In this document: piece by piece, positions 7,358 through 14,716 of the stretch
Layout: each line of letters opens with the position of its first letter
Numbering within the stretch: the first letter of the stretch is position 1
From: Faecalibaculum rodentium
Lineage (GTDB): Bacteria; Bacillota_I; Bacilli_A; Erysipelotrichales; Erysipelotrichaceae
DNA: 32,000 nucleotides
Assembly (NCBI RefSeq): GCF_001564455.1
Contig: NZ_CP011391.1
Coordinates: 1,590,001 to 1,622,000, forward strand
Direction of reading: 5' to 3'
Translations under genes and position numbers: made by a program
The notes under the pieces: model-generated
Databases searched by the model: none
What the model saw: only the letters and a program-made list of their open reading frames with translations
What the model was told of the DNA's origin: nothing

Positions 7358-8682
7358 AGGGTGAACTCCGCAAACGCCGTCGCTGCATCATCGGACACCG
7401 CTTCGGATTTCGTGTACGTGAATTCATCCGAAGCCAGGAGGTCCGCCAGCTTCATCTCCGGATGCTGGTACATCAGGTCCAGCACCTCGATGAAGTCCCG
7501 GATCACTTCCCGCGGCGTGATGTTGCTGTCGGCACCCACCCGGCTGAACTCGATTTTGATGAACTCCGCCAGGTCTTCATCCGTCACAGACTGGGAATAG
7601 CCATACAGCCCGGCGTGCATGGCAGCCAGCTTATCGCAGAGCACCAGCATCTCCGCTGCCGTCAGCGGCTCCAGCCGGATCACCGGAGCCAGCATGTCCC
7701 GGGCCCCGGGTCTGGAAAACTTGCCTTCCGCCAGACGGGAGCGCAGGGCTTCATAGCCGTAGACTCCGCGCCGTCTGTCTTCCACCGCCTGCGGTGTGGC
7801 CCCCATGATGATGCCCAGGTACTTCGCCTTTCCCTGCAGCGTATCATTGTACATCGTCAGCATTTTTTCATAGTTGTACTGTCGCGTGATGCTGTTGGGT
7901 ATCTTGTAGATGTTCACCAGTTCATCGATCATGATCATCATCCCGGCATACCCCGCCAGGCGGAAGAACACCGCAAAGAGCTTCAGGTAGTCATACCAGT
8001 CGTCATCTGTGATGATGATGTTCACCCCCAGCGCTTCCTTTGCCTCGCGCTTCAGGGCATATTCGCCGCGGAACCACCGGATGACCTTCATCCTGGTCTC
8101 GTCGTCCTGCTCGATATACGCATGGTAGTACTTCGAGAGCAGGGTCGCAAACTCGAATCCGTGCACCAGCTCGCTGATTTGTGATGTCAACGCGACAATT
8201 TTGCGGTCCACCGCTGCAGACAGGGCCGGATCTCCGGGCTGAAGACCGGTTTCCTGCGCGGCCTGTGCCTGCACCGAACTGATCCAGCGGTCGAGAATCA
8301 GGGTCAGGGCGCCCCCTTCGGGCCGGGTTTTGGTCGCCAGGTTGCCGATCAGTTCCCGGTATGTGGCCAGCCCCTGACCCCGGGTGCCCTGGAGCCGACG
8401 TTCGGGTGACAGGTCTGCATCCGCCACGATGAATCCTTTGTCCATGACATAGTTGCGGATGGTCTGGATCAGGAAGCTCTTGCCTGATCCATAGCGCCCC
8501 ACGATGAAGCGGAACGAAGCCCCGCCCTCCGAAATGATGTCCACGTCATGGAGCAGCGCCTCGATTTCACTTTTGCGTCCCACGGTGACATAGGGCAGGC
8601 CGATCCGCGGCACAACCCCGCCCTTCAGGGAATTCAGGACCGTCCGGGCGATCCGTTTGGGCACTTTGTTCTGTTCATTCAT
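7354..8682 (-). CDS. P-loop ATPase of the DUF2791/BrxD-like family (Shango SngB-like)
   Basis: 442-aa ORF. The N-terminus ...VLNSLKGGVVPRIGLPYVTVGRKSEIEALLHDVD... is followed by Walker A GRYGSGKSF and Walker B MMIMIDELV. Its ATG overlaps the upstream gene by 8 nt (8675..8682). Confidence 0.9.
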   Translation of the reverse strand: MNEQNKVPKRIARTVLNSLKGGVVPRIGLPYVTVGRKSEIEALLHDVDIISEGGASFRFIVGRYGSGKSFLIQTIRNYVMDKGFIVADADLSPERRLQGTRGQGLATYRELIGNLATKTRPEGGALTLILDRWISSVQAQAAQETGLQPGDPALSAAVDRKIVALTSQISELVHGFEFATLLSKYYHAYIEQDDETRMKVIRWFRGEYALKREAKEALGVNIIITDDDWYDYLKLFAVFFRLAGYAGMMIMIDELVNIYKIPNSITRQYNYEKMLTMYNDTLQGKAKYLGIIMGATPQAVEDRRRGVYGYEALRSRLAEGKFSRPGARDMLAPVIRLEPLTAAEMLVLCDKLAAMHAGLYGYSQSVTDEDLAEFIKIEFSRVGADSNITPREVIRDFIEVLDLMYQHPEMKLADLLASDEFTYTKSEAVSDDAATAFAEFTL

Positions 8683-10768
8683 GTTTCATACCTCCCAGGA
8701 TGTCCATGACGTCCTCTCTGTAGTCTTCCACCAGCGCAATGCTGTCTCCGTCGCATTCCATGGCATTGTCCCCGATTTCGTCAAACAGTGCCTCGTTGAT
8801 GGCATCCGTCACCACCGACGCCAGCAGGTGGTGTTCCCGGATCAGCGGTTGTGCGGATTTGCCTGCCAGCAGCGCTTCGAGGATCTGGCGGTGCACAGGA
8901 TCCAGGTCCATGCCCGATTCACCACCGGTGTCTGCCGGCAGGATCTCCGGCGGCCGTTCCTCATCGTCTGTCTGCCCTGGTTCGCCGATGGTGTCTGCCT
9001 CAAGGGCTGCGGATTCCGGCTGTGTCCTTGCTTCTGTGTCCGGGTCATCCAAAGCCGCAGGCTCAACGGGCGGAAAGTGCGCGGGTCGCGGGACTTCAGG
9101 TGTCCTCTCCTCTGTTTCTTCCTCTGTCAGCAGGCTGTCCCGGGTTGCGATCGCATCCTGACGGATTTTCGAAAGAGAGGAGAAATCGATCTGCACGCTG
9201 TCCATGGCGGCCCTGCGCTCTGCCTCCCGTTTCCTGGCTTCCCGTTCCTGTCTGTCCCGTTCCACGGTTTCCAGGATGAAGGGTTCGACCCAGGCTTCTT
9301 CGGGACGCTTCTGCAGGCTGCCCCGGATCCCGGCTTCTTTGCGCAGCAGGCGTTCCATCGCCCGGACAATGACCTGCAGCCGGTCCAGGTTGAAATACAG
9401 GGATTCATACCGGGATTCGTGCCAGATTCCCTTGTGCCGCGACCAGGACCGGATGGGACTCAGGTGATACTCTCTGTCCTTTCCCTGCTCAGGATCCATC
9501 CAGACTGCATTGGACAGCGGATACCAGCGATAGGACTGGGCCGTGCCGAAACAGGCTTCAAACACCGTCTGGCCAGTATCCTGCCATTTGTGGTCCACCA
9601 GGTCGCGCCAGGCCTGTGCAAACAGGGCCGGCCCCCTGCCCGAGCTGTCCCGCACGACCTTTCCCTGCTTCTGCCACCGGGGTGCAAACTGCAGCAGGGC
9701 ATCGCAGATTTCCCGGTCGGTGCGGTTCTGCGGTTCCTTCAGGATCGACAGTGCCTCGTCCCGCCTGGCAGTTTCCGGATGCATGTAGCGGACGGTGACC
9801 TCCGGGGGCATGTCGTGGACAATGCTGAATTCATACATCCACCGCCGCAGGTTCAGGTGCATCTGCTCATCCCCGTATCCCGCATCCAAAAAGCCGGTTT
9901 CAAAGGCTTCCAGCTTTTCCAGCGTATCCTTTGGCGAATCCGCACCGATGCCATTGAGCAGTTCATAGAGATACAGATACGCCAGCGAAGAATTGGCGTC
10001 CTGGAATATCCCGTTGCGGATTTCCGTCCGCCAGGTGAAGTATCCCCGCAGCTGGCGGACATTCAAGTCATGATAGGTGGGAAACCGCTGCCGGATCCAG
10101 CCGTTCCAGGGCAGATGGTCCGTGGCGTTCTCCATGAACCGCCCCTGCCGGACGAAGTTTCTCGCCGCATGCCCCGATTTGCGGTCATTGTAGTCATACA
10201 GGTCCATCATGTCGATGTACTGCTGCGGCAGGGCGTCTGTCGCCCGGAAGAAACTGTCAGTAATTCCTGTCCCTCCCCTGGCTGGTGTCTGTCTGGAAGC
10301 AGCATCCGGGGCCGGAACCGGTGCAGAGTTGCCGCTTTTCCAGTCCCCGAAATCCAGTGGCACGTCCTGAAACACACGTTCCTTCGCGGTCTCCGGTGCC
10401 GGATTCTCCAGCACGATGGCTTTCGCCGGCGGATTCCCCAGCCGGATGGCCTGGTCAAACAGGCGCAGAACCACACCCCTGTCTGTCTCGTCCGTAAACC
10501 GGACGCCGATCCAGTTGGTCCCCTTCATGCGGAATGGCCCGGACAGCCACTCAGGCGAGCGCTCAGAGAGAACGACATGGCCGCTTTTCAGGTCGCAGAC
10601 TTCCTGCATTTCCCCCGCATCAGGATCCCACTGGCGCATAAGCAGCGCCACCCACTTCCCGGTCTTTGGATGACAGAGGACAGAAAAACCGGGAAACTGT
10701 GTCCACTTGTATTCTTCCCGGATTCCGTATTTGTTCAAGGCATACACCGTCAGGCCCTCCAGCAGCAT
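8675..10768 (-). CDS. YjbR/MmcQ-like + TerB-N + TerB-C multidomain protein (Shango SngA-like)
   Basis: Start trimmed to ATG 10768 (MLLEGLTVY...), because AAGGGAGGGG lies 5 nt upstream. The track's start at 10786 is a GTG inside that RBS. aa 1-112 resemble MmcQ/YjbR (GKWVALLM, CDLKSG, FRMKGTNWIGVRF). aa ~185-330 are TerB-N-like (YHDLNVRQLRGYFTWRTEIRNG...LAYLYLYELLNGIG). An acidic, low-complexity linker follows. aa ~525-697 are TerB-C-like (LDPVHRQILEALL...DAINEALFDEIGDNAME). Confidence 0.85.
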   Translation of the reverse strand: MLLEGLTVYALNKYGIREEYKWTQFPGFSVLCHPKTGKWVALLMRQWDPDAGEMQEVCDLKSGHVVLSERSPEWLSGPFRMKGTNWIGVRFTDETDRGVVLRLFDQAIRLGNPPAKAIVLENPAPETAKERVFQDVPLDFGDWKSGNSAPVPAPDAASRQTPARGGTGITDSFFRATDALPQQYIDMMDLYDYNDRKSGHAARNFVRQGRFMENATDHLPWNGWIRQRFPTYHDLNVRQLRGYFTWRTEIRNGIFQDANSSLAYLYLYELLNGIGADSPKDTLEKLEAFETGFLDAGYGDEQMHLNLRRWMYEFSIVHDMPPEVTVRYMHPETARRDEALSILKEPQNRTDREICDALLQFAPRWQKQGKVVRDSSGRGPALFAQAWRDLVDHKWQDTGQTVFEACFGTAQSYRWYPLSNAVWMDPEQGKDREYHLSPIRSWSRHKGIWHESRYESLYFNLDRLQVIVRAMERLLRKEAGIRGSLQKRPEEAWVEPFILETVERDRQEREARKREAERRAAMDSVQIDFSSLSKIRQDAIATRDSLLTEEETEERTPEVPRPAHFPPVEPAALDDPDTEARTQPESAALEADTIGEPGQTDDEERPPEILPADTGGESGMDLDPVHRQILEALLAGKSAQPLIREHHLLASVVTDAINEALFDEIGDNAMECDGDSIALVEDYREDVMDILGGMKHE

Positions 10769-10916
10769 TCTGTCCCCTCCCTTCACATTTTGTTCTCAGA
10801 GTTCATGTATGGTTATTGTACTATAGACCCGCTTTTGATTCAGCAGGGAGTTTTCGGCTGCCGATGGTGAATGACAGGTATACAGAGAAACGCAGGGGGC
10901 CTTGAGCGGATTCGTC

Positions 10917-10942
10917 GAAAAAGCCGGACTTTTCACCCGGCT
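10917..10942 (-). terminator. Rho-independent terminator of the XRE gene
   Basis: Minus-strand AGCCGG-GTGAAAAGT-CCGGCT followed by TTTTTCG. It separates the XRE gene from the TerB/ATPase/helicase operon. Confidence 0.65.
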
Positions 10943-10997
10943 GTAACAGTTAAGCTGCCAGAATGGAACCTGCGTCGCGCCATCGGCAAATCAGATG

Positions 10998-11597
10998 TCA
11001 TCCTCCAAGGAACCCGGCCACCCAAATGGCAAGCGCAGCCAGCAGCACTCCCACAGCAGCGCTGGCCAGTACTTTGAACACCGCCTGATACGGCCGCTTG
11101 CCTCTCTCTTCGGCGGCTTCCAGTTCCTCCAGAGTGCGGCCTTCGCTGTAGGCCACGATTTCCCGGTAGGTATGCAGGTTGTGATTTTTCTTCAGCTTCT
11201 CCACCCGGAAGGCTTCATGCATCGTGACTGCGTACATGATCGCCCACAAAGCAATGGCCCACCACTGGTCACGGGCCAGGGCCAGAGCAGCCAGCGGAAT
11301 GAAGGTCACGGCAGATACAATACACATGACGGCAAATATCCGGCTTTCCCGGTTGAAGCTGTCCACCGCTTCCTGACTGATTTCCTGTTTCATGGTTTCC
11401 AGGTCTCCTTTGATCAGCTGGTCCACAGACACACCAAAGAGCTGGCTGAGAAGCAGCAGCGACTGAATATCCGGATAGCTTTTGCTGTTTTCCCAGTTGG
11501 ATACGGTTTGACGGGTGACAAAGATTTTGTCTGCCATGTCCTTCTGGGAAAGTCCGGATTCTGTACGGTGTTTTCTGATCTGCACGGCAATTTCCAT
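10998..11597 (-). CDS. XRE-family HTH regulator with C-terminal transmembrane segments
   Basis: Start trimmed to ATG 11597 (MEIAVQIRKHRTESGLSQKDMADKIFVTRQTVSNWENSKSYPDIQSLLLLSQLFGVSVDQLI), preceded by GGAAGGAG. Three hydrophobic stretches follow: IFAVMCIVSAVTFIPLAALALA, WWAIALWAIMYAV and VLASAAVGVLLAALAIWVAGFL. Confidence 0.88.
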   Translation of the reverse strand: MEIAVQIRKHRTESGLSQKDMADKIFVTRQTVSNWENSKSYPDIQSLLLLSQLFGVSVDQLIKGDLETMKQEISQEAVDSFNRESRIFAVMCIVSAVTFIPLAALALARDQWWAIALWAIMYAVTMHEAFRVEKLKKNHNLHTYREIVAYSEGRTLEELEAAEERGKRPYQAVFKVLASAAVGVLLAALAIWVAGFLGG

Positions 11598-11701
11598 TTT
11601 CTGCTCCTTCCTGCCTGCGGGTGTTCCGTGTCCTGGATCCATTGTGGCAGGCGGCTGCTGGAAGCATACAGCAAATTCCGTTGTCATGACCAGAAATCCC
11701 G

Positions 11702-11719
11702 TGTCAAAACTCTTTGACA
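11702..11719. promoter_or_regulatory. Perfect palindromic operator-like site upstream of the XRE gene
   Basis: TGTCAAA-ACTC-TTTGACA: 7-bp perfect inverted repeat arms with a 4-nt spacer. It sits about 105 nt upstream of the XRE start, in the divergent intergenic region. The TTGACA within it could also serve as a -35 element. Confidence 0.4.
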
Positions 11720-11875
11720 TGCGTATTTCTGCGTCACTGTCTGTATAAGTTCAAGGAATATGCGTAAATTAAGATAAATCTTTCAATTCAGCATTATGTT
11801 CTGGTTTTGTACATCAGGCCATGGCACGGTAACAAAAACGGCCGGGAATCAGTCTGGAGAGGAAAGGAATGGAGA

Positions 11876-12484
11876 ATGAAGAAATCACTTGTGCTGATGA
11901 GGCATGGAGAAACGGTGTTCAACAAACGCAAACGCATCCAGGGCTGGGTGGATTTGTCTCTGACTGCTCTGGGAAAGGAGCCGGCAAAGTAATCTGCTGC
12001 CTGGATCAGAGCGCTGGGATTTGAAATCGATCATGCCTTCTGTTCCACTTCGGAAAGAGCCAGCGACACGCTGAAACTGATGACTTTCCTGTCCTATGAG
12101 CGTAAAAAGGGTTTGAAGGAATGGAATTTCGGCAAGCTGGATGGAGAGCCGGAGTACCTGAATCCACCGTTGGATCAGTATGATGCCTTTTTTCGGGGCA
12201 ATGGCGGCGAAGGAAGGCAGGAACTTATCGACCGCATGAATGAGACCCTGACGGAAATCATGAACCGCAAGGATGTGCAGAATGTACTGGTGGTGTCCCA
12301 CGGGGCAGCAATCCGGAATTTTCAGCGGTTCTGGTGTCCCGATGACAGGAAGCTGATTCCAGGCAGATTGTATACCTGTACGGTTCTGGTCTTCGAATAC
12401 AATACCGGTGATCAGCGCTTCACTCTGCAGGAAGTGTACAATCCGAATTATCAGGGAATGACATCCAGTCCGGCGGCTGGCTGA
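11876..12484 (+). pseudogene. Histidine phosphatase (phosphoglycerate-mutase-like) family gene with a single in-frame TAA
   Basis: ATG 11876 begins MKKSLVLMRHGETVFNKRKRIQGWVDLSLTALGKEPAK. TAA lies at 11990..11992. The same frame then continues SAAWIRALGFEIDHAFCSTSERASDTLKLMTFLSYERKKGLKEWNFG...VVSHGAAIRNF. The RHG, SxxxRAxxT, E and SHG catalytic motifs are all intact. Confidence 0.75.
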
Positions 12485-12515
12485 AAGCCGAAGACCCGTC
12501 AGAATCAAAACAAGA

Positions 12516-12548
12516 GACCTGTCACCGCAATCCGCAGGTCCCGTTTTC
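12516..12548 (+). terminator. Candidate terminator of the histidine phosphatase gene
   Basis: GACCTG (12516..12521), a 13-nt loop, then CAGGTC (12535..12540), followed by CCGTTTTCAG. Confidence 0.4.
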
Positions 12549-12578
12549 AGCTTTCAAGGCGCTGACTCAACTCAGTGA

Positions 12579-12611
12579 GTGACCTGTATGATCACAGATC
12601 ATACAGGTCAC
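12579..12611. repeat. Perfect 33-nt palindrome (15-bp arms, 3-nt loop) overlapping the xpt stop codon
   Basis: GTGACCTGTATGATC-ACA-GATCATACAGGTCAC. No U-tract follows on either strand. The right arm contains the xpt stop (12608..12610). Confidence 0.8.
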
Positions 12612-13186
12612 TGGTCTGGCTCATCCCAGACAATGCCGTCTTCGGACATGGATTTGACAGATGCCAGAACATACAGCGGGATTCCCAGATCCCGGATCGT
12701 TTTCCGGCCGTGCTGCCAGGATTTCTCAATGCAGATCCCGGCCCCGGCCAGATGGGCCTGTGCCTGGTCCAGCAGGGTCAGAATGCCTTTGAAAGCATCG
12801 CCGTTGGCAAGGAAATCGTCGATGAACAGGACATGGTCCTCTGCCTTGATCAGGCCCTGTTCCACACACAGTTCATAGTCCCTGTTTTTGGTAAAGGAAT
12901 GCACGGTGGCAGTCAGCGGTGCAGTCATAGTCACCGGTCTGGCTTTTTTCACAAATACCATCGGGACGCCGAGATGCATGGCTGTGGCAAGCGCGGGTGC
13001 AATGCCGCCGCTTTCGATCGTGATCACTTTGGTGATTCCGTCATCCCGGAAGTGACCGGCGAAATCCCGGCCGATGTGATCCATGAGCACCGGATCTACG
13101 GAGTGATTCAGAAAGCTGTCTGTTTTCAGTACCTGGTCAGACAGCACCTTTCCTTTTTCTTCTATGATCCTCTTCAGTTCTTCCAT
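12608..13186 (-). CDS. xpt: Xanthine phosphoribosyltransferase
   Basis: Start trimmed to ATG 13186 (preceded by AGAGGAAA). The protein reads MEELKRIIEEKGKVLSDQVLKTDSFLNHSVDPVLMDHIG...VITIESGGIAPA...VLFIDDFLANGDA. It aligns end to end, by memory, with Bacillus Xpt, including the PRPP-binding motif. Confidence 0.95.
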   Translation of the reverse strand: MEELKRIIEEKGKVLSDQVLKTDSFLNHSVDPVLMDHIGRDFAGHFRDDGITKVITIESGGIAPALATAMHLGVPMVFVKKARPVTMTAPLTATVHSFTKNRDYELCVEQGLIKAEDHVLFIDDFLANGDAFKGILTLLDQAQAHLAGAGICIEKSWQHGRKTIRDLGIPLYVLASVKSMSEDGIVWDEPDQ

Positions 13187-13324
13187 GGTGTTTCCTCTTT
13201 TCACGCTGCATGCCTCCGGCTGTTTGCTGCTTTCTCCGGAGCCGTCACTGCAAGCATACACCATTTCTGTCCCGGGATTTGAGGTTGCAGTCTGTTCCGG
13301 GCCGCAGCCGCCGCCCAGACCCTT

Positions 13325-13765
13325 TCAGGAAGCTGCCTCTTTCTTCTGCTTCCGGTATCCTGCCAGAGTACGAGCCACGCCGGCGGCAATCAGGCATCCG
13401 GCAGCAATCCCGGCACCCTGAAGAAATGTGATTCTGGCCCAGCCTCCAGCATCCGCATAGTCCAGGATCCAGCAGCGGATGGTTTCGAATATCCCCTTTC
13501 CCGGAACAAGCGGAATCAGGGCACAGACCAGGTAGGCGGTAACCGGACTGCAAAAGATCCTGGCCAGAAGTTCTGCAAGCAGTGTCACTGTCAGGGACGC
13601 TGTGGCCATGGCAGCAAATTCGTTCCAGTCTGCAGCTTTCGTGAGAACATAGACGATCTGGCCCATCATGCCGTTGAAAGCCGCCAGCCACAGGTTACGG
13701 CCGGAGAGATTGTACATGCAGGCAAATCCCAGGGCTCCTGCAAAAGCCCCGATGATGCCAGTCAC
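13325..13765 (-). CDS. Threonine/serine exporter family protein, small subunit (YjjB/DUF3815-like)
   Basis: GTG start at 13765 overlaps the upstream stop (GTGA), with GGAGG just upstream. The 146-aa polytopic protein reads MTGIIGAFAGALGFACMYNLSGRNLWLAAFNGMMGQIVYVL... Confidence 0.8.
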   Translation of the reverse strand: MTGIIGAFAGALGFACMYNLSGRNLWLAAFNGMMGQIVYVLTKAADWNEFAAMATASLTVTLLAELLARIFCSPVTAYLVCALIPLVPGKGIFETIRCWILDYADAGGWARITFLQGAGIAAGCLIAAGVARTLAGYRKQKKEAAS

Positions 13766-14604
13766 AATGCCTCCAGAATCAGCAGTGTGCCGATGTTTCC
13801 CAGAGCAATGGCTGCAGCAGTGAGTATCGCCATAGAAAGCCGGATCTGACCGGACAGGGTATCTCCGGCGATGCAGTCGCGAAGGGCGGTGGTAAAAAGC
13901 ATTCCCGGGACCAGAATCATCAAAGCTGCCAGGATCACCACATTGGCACGGATGCTGAAAAGACCGCCGGCTGTCACCCCGGCAAGAGTAATCAGGGAAC
14001 TTCCCAGAAGTGTGCGCAGGGAAGGGGTGCAGAAGTCCAGTTTTTCCAGCAGCAAAGTGCAAAGCGCTGCACTGACCGCAGCTGCGGCGGTTTCGCAGAC
14101 TGTGCCCTGGAACACCAGGGCAAATCCGGCGCCGGCTGCAGCGGCTCCTGAAATCATGCGTAGAACAGAGGCCCCGGGTTCTTCCTGGATCCTGCACAGG
14201 CTGCGGTAGCAGTCTTCCAGTGTGATCTCTCCGGACTGCAGCTGTCTGGACAGGGCGTTGACCTGTTCGATTCTGCCCAGATCGGTACCGGACTGGGCGA
14301 TCCGTTTCATGTTGTGGATCATCTGGCCATGCCAGGTAAAGGAAATCATCAGCATGCCTGGTGTTACGTAGGAGTCTGTCACTACGGCGCCGCCTGCCTG
14401 ACAGATCCGACTCATGGTGTCTTCTGTACGGCCTGTCTCTGCTCCGCTTTCCAGAAGGATCCGTCCTGCCAGCACTGCGGTTCTGGCCAGCAGGGTTCCC
14501 GGATCTTTCCGGGAAAGTTCGTCATAGACCTGCAGTTCGCTGCAGGCTGGTTTTTTCCGGTGTATGCGGCCGGGTACCCAGCTTCCCTGTCTGTTGTGTT
14601 TCAT
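13762..14604 (-). CDS. Threonine/serine exporter family protein, large subunit (ThrE/YjjP/DUF1212-like)
   Basis: 280-aa ORF with a GAGGAGGGG RBS. It has a soluble N-terminal region (AVLAGRILLESGAETGRTEDTM) followed by a membrane domain typical of this family. Confidence 0.88.
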   Translation of the reverse strand: MKHNRQGSWVPGRIHRKKPACSELQVYDELSRKDPGTLLARTAVLAGRILLESGAETGRTEDTMSRICQAGGAVVTDSYVTPGMLMISFTWHGQMIHNMKRIAQSGTDLGRIEQVNALSRQLQSGEITLEDCYRSLCRIQEEPGASVLRMISGAAAAGAGFALVFQGTVCETAAAAVSAALCTLLLEKLDFCTPSLRTLLGSSLITLAGVTAGGLFSIRANVVILAALMILVPGMLFTTALRDCIAGDTLSGQIRLSMAILTAAAIALGNIGTLLILEAL

Positions 14605-14666
14605 CCATTCCCCTCCTCTGTTCTGTCTGACTGTATTTTATACACCGGTCTTCCAGGCATCAGTAC

Positions 14667-14711
14667 AGCGGCGCCTTTCCCTGCTGGAAAAGACGCCGCT
14701 CTGCTTTTTTT
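14667..14711. terminator. Strong hairpin after the yhf-like cluster; its U-tract lies only on the plus strand
   Basis: AGCGGCGCCTTTCCC-TGCT-GGAAAAGACGCCGCT forms a stem of about 15 bp, followed on the plus strand by CTGCTTTTTTT. On the minus (coding) strand the A-tract precedes the stem. Confidence 0.4.
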
Positions 14712-14716
14712 ACTGT

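Noticed and set aside
4910-7600. 896-aa plus-strand ORF, the longest in the track.
   Set aside because: It lies antisense to the helicase and ATPase genes. Its translation is low-complexity (P/G/R/H/L/Q-rich) with no recognisable motif and no RBS. The minus strand carries complete helicase motifs I, II and VI and a Walker A/B ATPase. Long stop-free antisense frames are expected in GC-rich coding DNA.
8657-10870. 737-aa plus-strand ORF.
   Set aside because: It is antisense to the TerB-N/TerB-C gene and shows the same low-complexity composition. It also runs through the upstream promoter region. The minus-strand frame has an RBS and domain-like sequence.
4691-11992. Alternative genetic code or programmed recoding as the explanation for the two in-frame stops (TGA at 4691, TAA at 11990).
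   Set aside because: TGA and TAA terminate many well-conserved genes in this window at the expected positions (ABC ATPase, php, kdpA, xpt and others). The AbiEi gene also carries a frameshift. Pseudogenisation or sequencing error is the simpler explanation.
4110-12600. Integrative element inserted at tRNA-Leu (integrase plus a direct repeat of the tRNA 3' end).
   Set aside because: No integrase, recombinase or transposase ORF is present. I could not find a copy of the tRNA 3' segment (..TTCGAGTCGCATCGACCCCACCA) downstream by eye. I therefore call it only a tRNA-adjacent variable islet, not a mobile element.
13187-13324. Expected a guanine/purine riboswitch in the 138-nt region upstream of xpt, as in many Firmicutes.
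   Set aside because: Reading the minus strand, I find none of the conserved purine-riboswitch core elements: UAUAAU-type P1, GUUUCUACC, or CCGUAAAU...GACUA. Only a weak 6-bp stem (CTCCGG/CCGGAG) is present. A covariance-model scan would be needed for certainty.
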